Shown here in pieces: positions 10,061 to 20,907 of a stretch of DNA of 64,000 bases (position 1 is its first letter; each line of letters begins with the position of its first letter). The translations under genes were made by a program, and so were the position numbers. Source of the stretch: a virus (lineage: Duplodnaviria; Caudoviricetes); the IMG/VR virus record IMGVR_UViG_3300042864_000640, positions 1,394-65,393 of that record, one strand, 5' to 3'. The notes beneath the pieces were generated by a model that saw nothing but the letters and a program-made list of their open reading frames with translations, was not told the DNA's origin and searched no databases.

Positions 10061-10921
10061 ATGGCTAGAGTATCATTTTCACAATATAGTATGTGGAGTA
10101 ATTGTCCACAACAATATAAACTATCTTATATAGATGGTTTATCCACATCAAAATCCAATATACATTCTGTATTTGGTTCAGCAATGCACGAAACATTGCA
10201 AGAGTATTTAAGTAGATGCCTTCGTATCTCCAAATCACAAGCTGATAAGGGAATGGATACGAAGGCTTTTCTTAAAGAAAAGATGAGAGAATTCTTCATC
10301 AAAGAATCTAATGATGGTAAAGACCCGATATGTTCTAAGGAAGAGTTGGTAGAATTCTTAGAAGATGGGTATCTAATTTTAGATTACTTTCAGAAATCAA
10401 AAAACTTTAATAATTTCTTTTCTTTAAAAGATGATGAATTAGTTGCAATTGAGCAAGTGATTAATACTAAGATAGCCGAACACGTTAATTTTTTGGGATT
10501 TATAGATTTCATTGTTAGAAGTAAAGCAACCGGTAGATATCGTATTACCGATTTCAAAACATCTACAAAAGGTTGGAGTAAGTATCAAAAATCAGACCCG
10601 GTTAAAAATACTCAAATACTTTTATATAAGAAATTTTACGCAGAGTTATTAAATATTTCGCCTGATATTATTGATGTCGAATTTATGATTTTAAAACGTA
10701 AGGTTTCTGAAAATGCAGATTATCATATTCCTCGTATTAGTAGACACGTACCTGCTAGCGGTAAACCATCTATGAATAAAGCATGGAAAGGATTTACTGA
10801 ATTCGTTGATACGGTATTTAATGAAGATGGTTCATATAGAACCGATATAGAATTTTTCAAAAAGCCATCAAAACTTTGTAGTTGGTGTGAGTTTTTTGAA
10901 ACACATTGTGATGGAAAATAA
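10061..10921 (+). CDS. PD-(D/E)XK (RecB/Cas4-like) nuclease
   Basis: SFSQ...CP, GSAMHE, GFIDF, DFKT, Q..LY, CSWCEF...C. Confidence 0.85.
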   Translation: MARVSFSQYSMWSNCPQQYKLSYIDGLSTSKSNIHSVFGSAMHETLQEYLSRCLRISKSQADKGMDTKAFLKEKMREFFIKESNDGKDPICSKEELVEFLEDGYLILDYFQKSKNFNNFFSLKDDELVAIEQVINTKIAEHVNFLGFIDFIVRSKATGRYRITDFKTSTKGWSKYQKSDPVKNTQILLYKKFYAELLNISPDIIDVEFMILKRKVSENADYHIPRISRHVPASGKPSMNKAWKGFTEFVDTVFNEDGSYRTDIEFFKKPSKLCSWCEFFETHCDGK

Positions 10922-10959
10922 TTTTTTGTATATATATGTATATACAAATATTATCAACT

Positions 10960-11157
10960 ATGGCAGATTTAAAATTAACAACTGTTAAGGTTATAAAAAG
11001 GTTATACGATGAGGACTTTAAGATTATCACAATACATGGTGGTATAAATTTTCAAAAACTCGTTAATAGAACCTTAGACCTTTACACAAAAAACGAAGAA
11101 TTTAGAAAACAATTAAATGAATACACTATTTTACAAATAAGTGGTTCACAATTTTAA
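10960..11157 (+). CDS. Small hypothetical, possibly ribbon-helix-helix DNA-binding
   Basis: MADLKLTTVKV...FQKLVNRTLDLY; likely start at 10960. Confidence 0.5.
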   Translation: MADLKLTTVKVIKRLYDEDFKIITIHGGINFQKLVNRTLDLYTKNEEFRKQLNEYTILQISGSQF

Positions 11158-11172
11158 GAAACAAAATAAGTT

Positions 11173-12552
11173 ATGGCAAAAAAGAAGATTCTGTTACTTT
11201 CGGATGACCTTAGAATGACGAGTGGTATAGCTAATGTATCCAAACAATTAGTGTTGGGTACAGTAGATAAATACGATTGGGTTCAGTTAGGCGCAGCAAT
11301 TAAACATCCCGAAGCAGGGAAAGTTTTGGATTTGAATGATAGTGTTAGAGAGCAAACTGGCGTAAAGGATGCATTGGTTAAAATTTATCCATCGGATGGG
11401 TATGGTAATCCTGATATTATTCGTCAGTTATTAATGATTGAAAAGCCCGATGCTATTCTACACTTTACTGACCCGAGATATTGGTTATGGCTATATGATA
11501 TTGAGCATGAAATCCGCCAATCAGTTCCCCTTTTCTTCTATCATATTTGGGATGATTTACCAGACCCAAAATATAATCGAAATTATTACGAAAGTTGTGA
11601 TTGGATTGGGTGTATTTCAAAACAAACGTATGGTATTACCAAAAGAGTTTGGAGTTGGGATAAGGAAGCATATTGGACACCACCCGCTGATTGGCAAGTA
11701 AGCTATGTACCACACGGTATTAATGCAGATTTATATAAACCAGTAGAAGTTCCAAAGGAATTTAAACAATCTATTTTTGGTGATAAAGAATACGAATTTG
11801 TTCTATATTGGAATAATAGAAATATTCGTAGAAAACAACCAATGGATGCTATGTTGGCATTTGATAAATTTAGAGAAGCATTGCCTGAAGATAAGAGAGA
11901 TAAAGTTTGTATGGTAATGCACACTGCTCCGGTCGAAGAGCATGGTACTGATTTACCTACATTTATAGAACATTGTATTCCTGAATCTAATATTATATTT
12001 GCACCTAACAAATATACGGAGCAAGAATTAAACTATCTTTACAATATAGCTGATGTAACAATTAATATTGCATCTAATGAAGGATTTGGATTAGCAACTG
12101 CTGAATCAGTAATGGCTGGAACACCTATCATTGTAAACGTAACAGGCGGTATGCAAGACCAATGTGGATTTAGAGAAAGAGGTACAGGTAAATTATTAAC
12201 TGCAGAAGATTATGTTGAGATTGGTTCTTTACACGATAGACATAAAAAAGCAGGCGTAGTATATGGTGATTGGGTTAAACCAATTTGGCCAGTTCGTTCA
12301 ACAACGGGTTCAGTTCCTACTCCATATATTTTCGATGATAGAGTTGATTTTGAAGATGTTGCTCCTTTGATTATGGATTGGTATAAAATGGGTAGAGAAG
12401 AAAGAAAGATAGCTGGACTAAAGGGTAGAAATTTTTTCTTAGGAGAAGGAAAATTAAGTAAGGAAGCAATGTGTGATTCATTAGTTGAAGGTATGGAAGG
12501 GGCATTTGAAAATTGGAAACCAAAACAAAAATTTAAGTTAATAGAGTTATAA
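11173..12552 (+). CDS. Glycosyltransferase (GT4-like)
   Basis: YVPHG, NRNIRRK, NEGFGL..AE...AG.P. Confidence 0.9.
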   Translation: MAKKKILLLSDDLRMTSGIANVSKQLVLGTVDKYDWVQLGAAIKHPEAGKVLDLNDSVREQTGVKDALVKIYPSDGYGNPDIIRQLLMIEKPDAILHFTDPRYWLWLYDIEHEIRQSVPLFFYHIWDDLPDPKYNRNYYESCDWIGCISKQTYGITKRVWSWDKEAYWTPPADWQVSYVPHGINADLYKPVEVPKEFKQSIFGDKEYEFVLYWNNRNIRRKQPMDAMLAFDKFREALPEDKRDKVCMVMHTAPVEEHGTDLPTFIEHCIPESNIIFAPNKYTEQELNYLYNIADVTINIASNEGFGLATAESVMAGTPIIVNVTGGMQDQCGFRERGTGKLLTAEDYVEIGSLHDRHKKAGVVYGDWVKPIWPVRSTTGSVPTPYIFDDRVDFEDVAPLIMDWYKMGREERKIAGLKGRNFFLGEGKLSKEAMCDSLVEGMEGAFENWKPKQKFKLIEL

Positions 12553-12553
12553 T

Positions 12554-13822
12554 ATGAAACCAACATTAGTATTTCAAGCACCGGTAGCAACAAGAAGTGG
12601 ATATGGTGACCACGCGAGAGATTTATTACATTCTCTTTATAAATTGGATAAATTTGAAATTAAAGTTATTAGTACTCGTTGGGGACAAACTCCAATGGAT
12701 GCTCTTAATTATGATAGACCATTTCATAAATGGGTAGTAGATAATATCATACCCGGCATTCAACAAAAGCCGGATATATACATTCAGGTTACTGTACCAA
12801 ATGAATTTCAACCATTGGGACATTATAACATCGGAATTACTGCAGCAATCGAAACAACGCATTCTCCATTAGATTGGATACATGGTTGTAATAGAATGGA
12901 CTTAATCATAGTACCATCGGAACATTCTAAAAAGAGTTTAATTGATAGTGTATATAATGAAGCAGATAAACAAACTAACCAACTTATCAGACAATTTAAA
13001 ATCGAAAAACCAATTGAAATTTTATTTGAAGGATTTGATGAATTTGATTTCGGAACTGATGAGGTGGCGCATGTAACCGAATTAGACCAAATCAAAGAAG
13101 ATTTTGCATTCTTATTCGTAGGACATTGGTTAAGAGGCGATTTGGGAGAGGACAGAAAGAATGTGGGAATGATGATTAAAACATTCGCAATGGCTTTTAA
13201 AAACGAAAAGGTTAAACCCGCATTGGTTCTTAAAACATCATCAGCTGGATTTAGTGTTATTGATAGAGAAACCACAATTAAAAAAATCAAACAGGTATTA
13301 GGAAAAGATTATAAATCAGTTCCAATTTATCTTTTACATGGTGATTTAACTCCATCGCAAATGAATGGATTATATGAGCATAAAAAGGTAAAGGCAATGT
13401 TAAACTTTACAAAGGGTGAAGGATTTGGTAGACCACTATTGGAATTTAGTTTAACAGGTAAGCCTGTAATTGTATCCAATTGGAGTGGTCATATCGATTT
13501 CTTAAAGAAAGGTGCAGTATTATTGGAGGGTGAGTTAAAGCCAGTACACGAATCGGCAGCTGACCAATTCCTTTTAAAAGAAGCACAATGGTTTAATGTA
13601 AATGTTTCAAAAGCATTACCAATTATCAAAGATGTTTATAAAAATTATGATAAATATAAATCTGAAGCATCTAAGTTAGGTAAGCATAATTTGGCAACAT
13701 TTAGTTTAGCAAAAATGACAGAAGGATTTGATGGTATTCTAAATCAATATGGTATTTATACTAAAATACAACCAAAGTTTCAACAACTTCAGTTACCTAA
13801 ATTAAAAAGTTTAAATAAATAA
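12554..13822 (+). CDS. Glycosyltransferase (GT4-like)
   Basis: SGYG, VPSEH, GEGFGRPLLE. Confidence 0.88.
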   Translation: MKPTLVFQAPVATRSGYGDHARDLLHSLYKLDKFEIKVISTRWGQTPMDALNYDRPFHKWVVDNIIPGIQQKPDIYIQVTVPNEFQPLGHYNIGITAAIETTHSPLDWIHGCNRMDLIIVPSEHSKKSLIDSVYNEADKQTNQLIRQFKIEKPIEILFEGFDEFDFGTDEVAHVTELDQIKEDFAFLFVGHWLRGDLGEDRKNVGMMIKTFAMAFKNEKVKPALVLKTSSAGFSVIDRETTIKKIKQVLGKDYKSVPIYLLHGDLTPSQMNGLYEHKKVKAMLNFTKGEGFGRPLLEFSLTGKPVIVSNWSGHIDFLKKGAVLLEGELKPVHESAADQFLLKEAQWFNVNVSKALPIIKDVYKNYDKYKSEASKLGKHNLATFSLAKMTEGFDGILNQYGIYTKIQPKFQQLQLPKLKSLNK

Positions 13823-14295
13823 TGGTAAATTACAATCCAATATATCGTAGATTTATAGATGATAGAAATTCAGTTAGTCCATCTAGAATGGTTAGAGCAA
13901 AATTCTATCTTATAAAAGAATACGAATATGTGGATGGTACTAAAGGTAGATATACAGAAACTACTGCGCCTATAATTTATACATTGTTTGTATCTAAAGC
14001 TAAAAATATAGTACATGCTGTAAAAGTATCAAATGTTAACCCAAATTTAATAAAAAGGTTTTTTGGTAAGTTTGTAAACGAAGAAGAAGAAACATTACAA
14101 ATGAAAGGTGGAGCTAAGAAATTTTACACAAACGTTGTATCTAAAGTTCCGATAATAACAAATGATGCATATAGAACTTATAAAATTGATGGCTTTGGTA
14201 AAGTTATAGAATTGAATATGGATGTTAACGAACTTACACCTAAAAATGTAACTGTAACTGGTATAGATAAAAAATCACAAAAAGGAAATATATAA
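13822..14295 (+). CDS. Hypothetical protein
   Basis: Translationally coupled ORF. Confidence 0.6.
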   Translation: MVNYNPIYRRFIDDRNSVSPSRMVRAKFYLIKEYEYVDGTKGRYTETTAPIIYTLFVSKAKNIVHAVKVSNVNPNLIKRFFGKFVNEEEETLQMKGGAKKFYTNVVSKVPIITNDAYRTYKIDGFGKVIELNMDVNELTPKNVTVTGIDKKSQKGNI

Positions 14296-14732
14296 TGACA
14301 TCAAAAGAATTTGTCCTTTGGTTAAAAGGATTTACAGAGGGAGTACATGAGTTTAATATTACTCCTAAACAATGGGATTTATTAAAAGATAAATTAGCAG
14401 AGGTTAAAGATGATAGTACGTTATCACCATTTCCATTTGGAGTTCCAAATACTGCACCAATTGTAACATTACCACATATTACACCATCTCCCACATATCC
14501 ACATAGACCATATGAGGTTTATTGTGGAGATGCCAATGGTACAACAATAACAACAACACCAGGCGGTGGTTCTATTACAATTGGTAATCCACCATTTGGA
14601 TTTGGAAGTACATCAACTACATATAAATATCCTAGTGGTTCTGCATGGAGTTATACAAATGCAGGATATAACCCACCATACACAACAGGCGAAGGATTAG
14701 ATGATAATAAAAAACCACATAACGAAGATTAA
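14295..14732 (+). CDS. Hypothetical protein, Pro/Thr/Gly-rich tail
   Basis: Coupled ORF; N-terminal F..WL.GF motif common in phage small proteins. Confidence 0.6.
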   Translation: MTSKEFVLWLKGFTEGVHEFNITPKQWDLLKDKLAEVKDDSTLSPFPFGVPNTAPIVTLPHITPSPTYPHRPYEVYCGDANGTTITTTPGGGSITIGNPPFGFGSTSTTYKYPSGSAWSYTNAGYNPPYTTGEGLDDNKKPHNED

Positions 14733-15596
14733 ATGAAAAAAGTATTAGTTACGGGTGGAGCAGGGTTTGTAGGATATGCTCTTACATTGGAATTACTCAA
14801 ACGAAAGTATGAAGTAGATGTAATAGATAATTTATCAATTGGAGCTGAAGCAAAGATTTCTCCATTTGTAAATTTTTTAGGTGGCGATGTTAGGGCTATG
14901 GATAATATCAAAGATACTCCATATGAATACATCTTTCACCTTGCAGCATTAAGTAGAATACAACCATCGTTTCAGAATCCAACATTAACTTTTAGTTGTA
15001 ATGTGGATGGTACAAAGCAAGTTACCGAATATGCATATCGAAATAAATCCAAATTGATTTACGCAGGTTCATCATCCCGACATCATAATCCAATGCTATC
15101 ACCATACGCTTTAACGAAGCATATGGGAGAAGAATGGATAAAGATGTTTAAGGGGGTATATGGTTTGAATGCAGAGATAGCTAGATTTTATAATGTATAT
15201 GGTCCAGGTGAGTTGGTAGATAGTAATATGGCAGCTGTTATTGGTATTTGGAGAAATGCTATATCAAAAGAAGAACCAATTCTAATACATGGCGATGGTG
15301 AACAAAGAAGAGATTTCACACATATAGATGATATTGTTGATGGGTTAATTAGAATTGCTGAAACCGATGAAAAGCATGAAGATGCTTGGGAATTAGGAAC
15401 AGGTTGTAATTACTCATTAAATGAATTGGCTGATATGTTTAGTTACCCAAATATAAAATATGTAAATGATGTAAAGGGTAATTATCGAAAAACATTAAGA
15501 TTAAATAATGATGCGATTGAACGTTTAAATTGGAAACCAACAGATAAATTAAAAAGTTATATAGATGAAATTAAGTTACGCAATAACGGCTTGTAA
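14733..15596 (+). CDS. NAD-dependent sugar epimerase/dehydratase
   Basis: VTGGAGFVG, HLAA, YALTK, RFYNVYGP, RDFTH. Confidence 0.95.
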   Translation: MKKVLVTGGAGFVGYALTLELLKRKYEVDVIDNLSIGAEAKISPFVNFLGGDVRAMDNIKDTPYEYIFHLAALSRIQPSFQNPTLTFSCNVDGTKQVTEYAYRNKSKLIYAGSSSRHHNPMLSPYALTKHMGEEWIKMFKGVYGLNAEIARFYNVYGPGELVDSNMAAVIGIWRNAISKEEPILIHGDGEQRRDFTHIDDIVDGLIRIAETDEKHEDAWELGTGCNYSLNELADMFSYPNIKYVNDVKGNYRKTLRLNNDAIERLNWKPTDKLKSYIDEIKLRNNGL

Positions 15597-16191
15597 TGAA
15601 GTCGAAGAAACCATTCGTTTGGTTAATCAGTTATTAAACTACAAAGAAGAAAATTCTGAAATAGTAGTTCTATTGGATACACCCAAAGCTCCTACTGAAT
15701 TGGTAGAGTATTTAGAATTGCAAGCAAATGCAGACCATATTACTCTCATTGAATCCGAATTTGATAATGATTTTGCACAATGGAAAAACTTTTTAAATTC
15801 ACAATGTAAAGGTGAGTGGATATTTCAGTTGGATGCAGATGAATACCTTACTCCTGATTTAATTGTAAATTTAGAAGCATTATTGGAAGCCAACGCCGAT
15901 AAAGACCTTATTTTAGTTCCTCGTATCAATACAGTTGAAGGATTAACTGAATCACATATTCAAAAATGGAAATGGAATGTAAATGAAAAAGGATGGGTAA
16001 ACTTTCCGGATATTCAGACTCGTATTTACAAAAATAAACCAGAGCAAATTGGATGGAATGGGAAAGTACACGAACGAATTGGTGGATATGAGAACTATAC
16101 AAATTTTCCGATAGAAGAATTATATTGTATTATACATCCAAAGGTAATCGAAAGACAAGAGAAGCAAAATAATTACTACGATACTCTATAA
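15565..16191 (+). CDS. Glycosyltransferase family 2
   Basis: AITACNE, LDADE, KVHE. Confidence 0.88.
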   Translation: MKLSYAITACNEVEETIRLVNQLLNYKEENSEIVVLLDTPKAPTELVEYLELQANADHITLIESEFDNDFAQWKNFLNSQCKGEWIFQLDADEYLTPDLIVNLEALLEANADKDLILVPRINTVEGLTESHIQKWKWNVNEKGWVNFPDIQTRIYKNKPEQIGWNGKVHERIGGYENYTNFPIEELYCIIHPKVIERQEKQNNYYDTL

Positions 16192-16829
16192 TGGTACACA
16201 TTTATTATCACATATATGCAATAGAAGGCGTTGATGCGATAGTGAAAGAGCAATTGGCTTTAATAAAAACTAATTTTGATTTCCCATATAGGTTAAATAT
16301 AGGTATTTCAATTGCAAACGATAACACTCCAATCACCGATATACTTAGTTTGTTTAATACATCAAATTTGAGAGATGTTAGAGCAAAAGGAAATGAATTT
16401 GTAACATTGGATTTAATAGAAAAAGATAGAGATAAATTTGGTGATTCCGATTATATTTTGTATCTTCATACGAAAGGCGCATCAAAGCAAAGTAATGAAA
16501 ATGTTATCAGCTGGAGACAGTTAATGAATTATTTTAATATTGAAAAATATAAAAATATTTTTAAAATTTTTGAAAAAACCTCATATAATACATATGGTGT
16601 ATTATTGACAGATGTAGGAAATTTTAAATTACATTATTCTGGAAACTTTTGGTGGGCCAAAGCATCTTATTTGAAAACAATAGATATGGATGGAGTAAGG
16701 CTAAATAGATTTAATGCGGAAGTTAATTATATACAAAATGGAATAGATTGGAAACCATATTCGCCATATAATTCAGAAGTAACGAATCATTATCCGATTT
16801 TATTTAAAAGAGAAGAATATACATTATGA
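16191..16829 (+). CDS. Glycan-cluster protein (GT-like)
   Basis: YLHTKG, HYSGNFWW; context. Confidence 0.55.
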   Translation: MVHIYYHIYAIEGVDAIVKEQLALIKTNFDFPYRLNIGISIANDNTPITDILSLFNTSNLRDVRAKGNEFVTLDLIEKDRDKFGDSDYILYLHTKGASKQSNENVISWRQLMNYFNIEKYKNIFKIFEKTSYNTYGVLLTDVGNFKLHYSGNFWWAKASYLKTIDMDGVRLNRFNAEVNYIQNGIDWKPYSPYNSEVTNHYPILFKREEYTL

Positions 16830-17710
16830 AAATAACATTTTTGTACGCATACGATGGTGAGGAATGGTCTACACCAATGGCAATAGTTAAAGAATTTCAA
16901 CTAAGAGGTTGGCAAACCGAAATAGTTTCAATTGGTTCTAATAAAACAGGCAGCTACCACGATTTAAAATTACAAAGATGGTTAGAACTAAAACCTCAAA
17001 CCGATATAGTAATGTTTTTAGATTGGGGTAGATTCGATTCGCCATATTTAGATAAAGCATTATTGCCAAACGCATTTTGGATACAAGAAAGCGGAGATGA
17101 CCCTCAAAACTTTGAAAGAAATTTCCCAAAATCAAATAGATTTCATTACACAATTACCCCTGATAAACAATCTGCTGAAGAATATAGAAATAGAGGAATT
17201 AATGCGGAATGGATAAATCACTTTGCAGACACTATGGTTCAGTTTCCAATGAATATAGAACCTAAGTATGTAGCAGTTACAAGTAGAGGGGTTGGTAATT
17301 CTACATTTTTAGATTATTTAACTGAATGGGCAGAAGGTTCGGTTGGAAATAGGAATGGATTAAATGCAAAAGAACATACCGAATTTCTAAATAGTGGCTT
17401 AATGGTTATTCAGAATAGTAGATGGAAAGAAATAACTCGTAGAATATTTGAAGGAATGGCTTGTGGCAAATTAGTAATTACCGATAGATTACCGGAAGAA
17501 ACAGGTCTTTCTGAAATGTTTATAGATGGGGAAGATATTGTGTATTACGATGAGATGTTCGATTGTATAGAGAAAATGAACTACTACAATGAAAACGAAG
17601 AGGAGAGAGAAAGAATAGCACACAATGGGATGATGAAAGTATTACACAATTATACACAAATTCAATTAGTAGATAAATTAATAGCAGCATATGAAAGAAG
17701 TAGGAAATAA
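16826..17710 (+). CDS. Glycosyltransferase (CgeB / Glyco_trans_1_2-like)
   Basis: RRIFEGMACG...ITD...IA.NG...V...Y. Confidence 0.8.
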   Translation: MKITFLYAYDGEEWSTPMAIVKEFQLRGWQTEIVSIGSNKTGSYHDLKLQRWLELKPQTDIVMFLDWGRFDSPYLDKALLPNAFWIQESGDDPQNFERNFPKSNRFHYTITPDKQSAEEYRNRGINAEWINHFADTMVQFPMNIEPKYVAVTSRGVGNSTFLDYLTEWAEGSVGNRNGLNAKEHTEFLNSGLMVIQNSRWKEITRRIFEGMACGKLVITDRLPEETGLSEMFIDGEDIVYYDEMFDCIEKMNYYNENEEERERIAHNGMMKVLHNYTQIQLVDKLIAAYERSRK

Positions 17711-18209
17711 CACATACGGACACAATGGTATAAAAATAATAGAATCGGGAGAAGGTAAAACATTGAGAATTGGCAAATTTTGCTCAATAGCAGAAGGAGT
17801 TGTTGTATTTTTAGGAGCAAACCATAGAGTAGATTGGTTTACTACCTATCCATTTGGACATATACACGAAAATAAATTCCCAAAAGTAAGTAGGCACCAC
17901 GGACATCCCGCAACAAAGGGTGATGTTGTAATTGGAAATGATGTGTGGATTGCAACCAATGCGGTTATAATGAGTGGTATAACAATAGGCGATGGTGCAG
18001 TAATTGGGGCATATAGTATTGTTACAAAAGATGTACCACCATATACAATAGTTGCAGGAAATCCTGCAAAGCAAATTCGTAAAAGATTTAGTGATGAAAT
18101 TATTAATAAACTTTTAGAATTGAAATGGTGGGATATGGATGAAAATAGAATAAATGAAATTTCAGATATACTTTGTTCAAATGACTTAGAAAAATTAAAT
18201 AACATATAA
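17691..18209 (+). CDS. Hexapeptide-repeat O-acetyltransferase (CatB/Vat-like)
   Basis: IGKFCSIA, IGNDVWI, IGDGAVIG, VAGNPAK. Confidence 0.92.
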   Translation: MKEVGNNTYGHNGIKIIESGEGKTLRIGKFCSIAEGVVVFLGANHRVDWFTTYPFGHIHENKFPKVSRHHGHPATKGDVVIGNDVWIATNAVIMSGITIGDGAVIGAYSIVTKDVPPYTIVAGNPAKQIRKRFSDEIINKLLELKWWDMDENRINEISDILCSNDLEKLNNI

Positions 18210-18802
18210 TGAAAAGAACGGACATACTTAATATTTTAATCCAAAAATATGGATACAAATCTTATTTAGAAGTTGGAACGCAAGACCCGGCATCTAATTT
18301 TGATTTAATAAATACGGATTGTAAAGTATCAGTAGACCCATTTCCAAGAGGTGAGGTTACATTCGTTGGTACATCCGATGAATACTTTAAATCAATTACT
18401 GATGATGTAAAATTTGATATTATCTTTATAGATGGATTGCATCACGATGACCAAGTTTTGAAAGATATTGAAAACTCATTGAATCATTTATCAGAAAACG
18501 GAACTATCGTTTGCCACGACTGCTTACCAACAACCGAATTAATGCAAGCTAGAGATGACCACGGTGGAGAATGGACCGGAGATGTATGGAAAGCAATTGC
18601 CGAACTAAGAGTTGAAAGAATTGATTTGGATATTAAAGTAGTGAATACCGATTATGGATGTGGTATTATTCGTAGAGGAACAAATATACCATATGAAACA
18701 ACTGCTAATTATAAATCATATTATCATTACTCTACAAATAAATGGAATATGTTAAATGTTATATCACCCGAACAATTTATACAATGGATAAATATAGCGT
18801 AA
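18209..18802 (+). CDS. Class I SAM methyltransferase (Methyltransf_24-like)
   Basis: YLEVG, FDIIFIDGLH, IVCHD. Confidence 0.85.
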   Translation: MKRTDILNILIQKYGYKSYLEVGTQDPASNFDLINTDCKVSVDPFPRGEVTFVGTSDEYFKSITDDVKFDIIFIDGLHHDDQVLKDIENSLNHLSENGTIVCHDCLPTTELMQARDDHGGEWTGDVWKAIAELRVERIDLDIKVVNTDYGCGIIRRGTNIPYETTANYKSYYHYSTNKWNMLNVISPEQFIQWINIA

Positions 18803-19431
18803 TTATACCAACACTTTGGAAATCAAATAGAATTGGAAAGTTACTATTTAGTTTGATAGAATGTGAATTTGTTGATGAAATTATATTAATAGATAATGCT
18901 GGAAAGTTCTTTGAGTATTTCGAAGGATTAGATAAAGTTAAATTAGTTCAAGTAGAAGAAAACATTTATGTTAATCCTGCGTGGAATTTAGGAATTAAAA
19001 TTGCTAAAAATAATTGTATAGCAATATTGAATGATGATATAAATTTTAACCCAAATATATTTGAAGTGATAACCGAAGATATATTAAATCAGTTTGGCAT
19101 AATCGGTATGGGTGAAGGTAATTATAAATCATTAAACATAGAGGGCGACCCAATTTTGGAAGTATGGCAACCTGGTGTAAATGATTGGGGTTGGGGATGT
19201 TTTATTATGCTACACAAAAAGGATTGGATTGAGATTCCTGATAATATTAAAATATGGTATGGTGATAATTTTATTAAAGATGTAAATCCTGCACCAAAAG
19301 CATGTTTACGAAATTTTAGAGTTGATACTGAAATGAGTACAACTTCGGATGAAAAAGAATGGGATGAAATAAAAAAATTAGATTACGAAAACTTTATAAA
19401 TTATTTAAGAAATGCAAAAGCTACCAATTAG
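18784..19431 (+). CDS. Glycosyltransferase family 2
   Basis: SVIIPT, ILIDN, ILNDD; likely start at 18784. Confidence 0.85.
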   Translation: MDKYSVIIPTLWKSNRIGKLLFSLIECEFVDEIILIDNAGKFFEYFEGLDKVKLVQVEENIYVNPAWNLGIKIAKNNCIAILNDDINFNPNIFEVITEDILNQFGIIGMGEGNYKSLNIEGDPILEVWQPGVNDWGWGCFIMLHKKDWIEIPDNIKIWYGDNFIKDVNPAPKACLRNFRVDTEMSTTSDEKEWDEIKKLDYENFINYLRNAKATN

Positions 19432-20152
19432 TATAGGTATATTGGCTTGGAATAGTGGGCAAGTATTAGTGGATACATTAAGTACTTATCATCGGAATGG
19501 ATTGTTTGATATGGTAAGCGATACTACCATTTTATTCCAAGAGTTTTCGGAGCAAGATTATCAAATAGCAAAACACTTTGGATTAGATTTTATAGGACTA
19601 ACACAAAATGTTGGTATTGGCAAAGCATTTATAAAATTAACTGAAAATGCAGAATCTGAAAATGTACTAATATTAGAACACGATTGGAATCTAATAGAGA
19701 ATAAAGAAACCACATATCAAAGATTGGAATCGGGATTAGAATTATTGGGTGGTAGTGTTGATGTTGTAAGATATAGACATAGAGAGCAACCGGGTAATCC
19801 ACATTTCTCATTCAAATATCAAGGTAAAGAACTTACTTACTACGATGATGAAATTGGGTGTACTTCACCTCACCTATTAGATTCAGTCCATTGGTGTGAC
19901 CCTAAGAAATCATTTCCGGATTACATTGGACAATTTGGAGAATATTTTTTAACGGGTTCTAGATATGGTAATTGGACAAATAATCCTTGCTTATATAAAA
20001 AGCAATTTTACTTAGATACCGTTAAACCATTCGCAGGTGAGGGTATTGGATTGGAAGGAAATATCAGTAAATGGTGGGCACAACAAAACTATTCAGTTGC
20101 ACATGGTGAAGGATTATTTATGCATAACGATTGGCAAAAATACGGAAGATAA
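19412..20152 (+). CDS. GT-A fold glycosyltransferase-like
   Basis: ILEHDW, WTNNP; context. Confidence 0.65.
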   Translation: MQKLPISIGILAWNSGQVLVDTLSTYHRNGLFDMVSDTTILFQEFSEQDYQIAKHFGLDFIGLTQNVGIGKAFIKLTENAESENVLILEHDWNLIENKETTYQRLESGLELLGGSVDVVRYRHREQPGNPHFSFKYQGKELTYYDDEIGCTSPHLLDSVHWCDPKKSFPDYIGQFGEYFLTGSRYGNWTNNPCLYKKQFYLDTVKPFAGEGIGLEGNISKWWAQQNYSVAHGEGLFMHNDWQKYGR

Positions 20153-20907
20153 TGAAAGATTTAGTTATATCGGCAATAGCAAATTATTTGCCAGAAAAGA
20201 TTAAAATATATGTGGAATCCCTAAATGATAGTGGTTTCGATGGAGATAAGATAATGATATGTTATAATCTTCCAAATGAAACTATTGAATATCTTACGTT
20301 AAAGGGATGGGAATGTTATGGAGCCGAATTGGTGGGGCATCCGCATATGAAAAGATTGATTGATATTTGGTGGTTTTTACAAAATGATGAAAGAGAGTGG
20401 AATCATATTATAACAACCGATGTTAGGGATATTATATGGCAAACTAACCCATCAGATTGGTTAGGTAAAAATTTAAAAAAAGAAATATTATGCGCATCGG
20501 AATGTGTAACATATGAAAATGAACCATGGGGTCATAAAAACATACACGAAGGATACGGGCCAATGTTTTGGGAATGGATTAAGCCGAATACTATTGGTAA
20601 TGTTGGAGTAATAGCTGGAAAGTATAAATCGGTGAAAGATATGCTAATGTTAAATTGGTTAGTATCTCAATCGGGAGATATTAGACACTTTACTGACCAA
20701 AGTAGTTTTAATTTTATAATACACAACGAATTAATAAAAGATAAATTAGATATTAATTCAGAATTTGGATTACAAGTTGGAACTACAACAAAAGATTTGA
20801 AAATAGAAAATGATATAATTATGAATGGAGATGAACCATATGTATTAGTTCACCAATATGATAGAAACACAGAATTAAATAATTTAGTTATAAACAAATA
20901 CAAATGA
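20152..20907 (+). CDS. Glycosyltransferase-like
   Basis: TDVRD, NVGVIAG, DQ...N, HQYDR. Confidence 0.65.
   Translation: MKDLVISAIANYLPEKIKIYVESLNDSGFDGDKIMICYNLPNETIEYLTLKGWECYGAELVGHPHMKRLIDIWWFLQNDEREWNHIITTDVRDIIWQTNPSDWLGKNLKKEILCASECVTYENEPWGHKNIHEGYGPMFWEWIKPNTIGNVGVIAGKYKSVKDMLMLNWLVSQSGDIRHFTDQSSFNFIIHNELIKDKLDINSEFGLQVGTTTKDLKIENDIIMNGDEPYVLVHQYDRNTELNNLVINKYK

Noticed and set aside
10061-10921. Cas4-like nuclease as part of a CRISPR-Cas system
   Set aside because: No cas1/cas2 or array; solo PD-(D/E)XK nucleases are common in phage replication modules.
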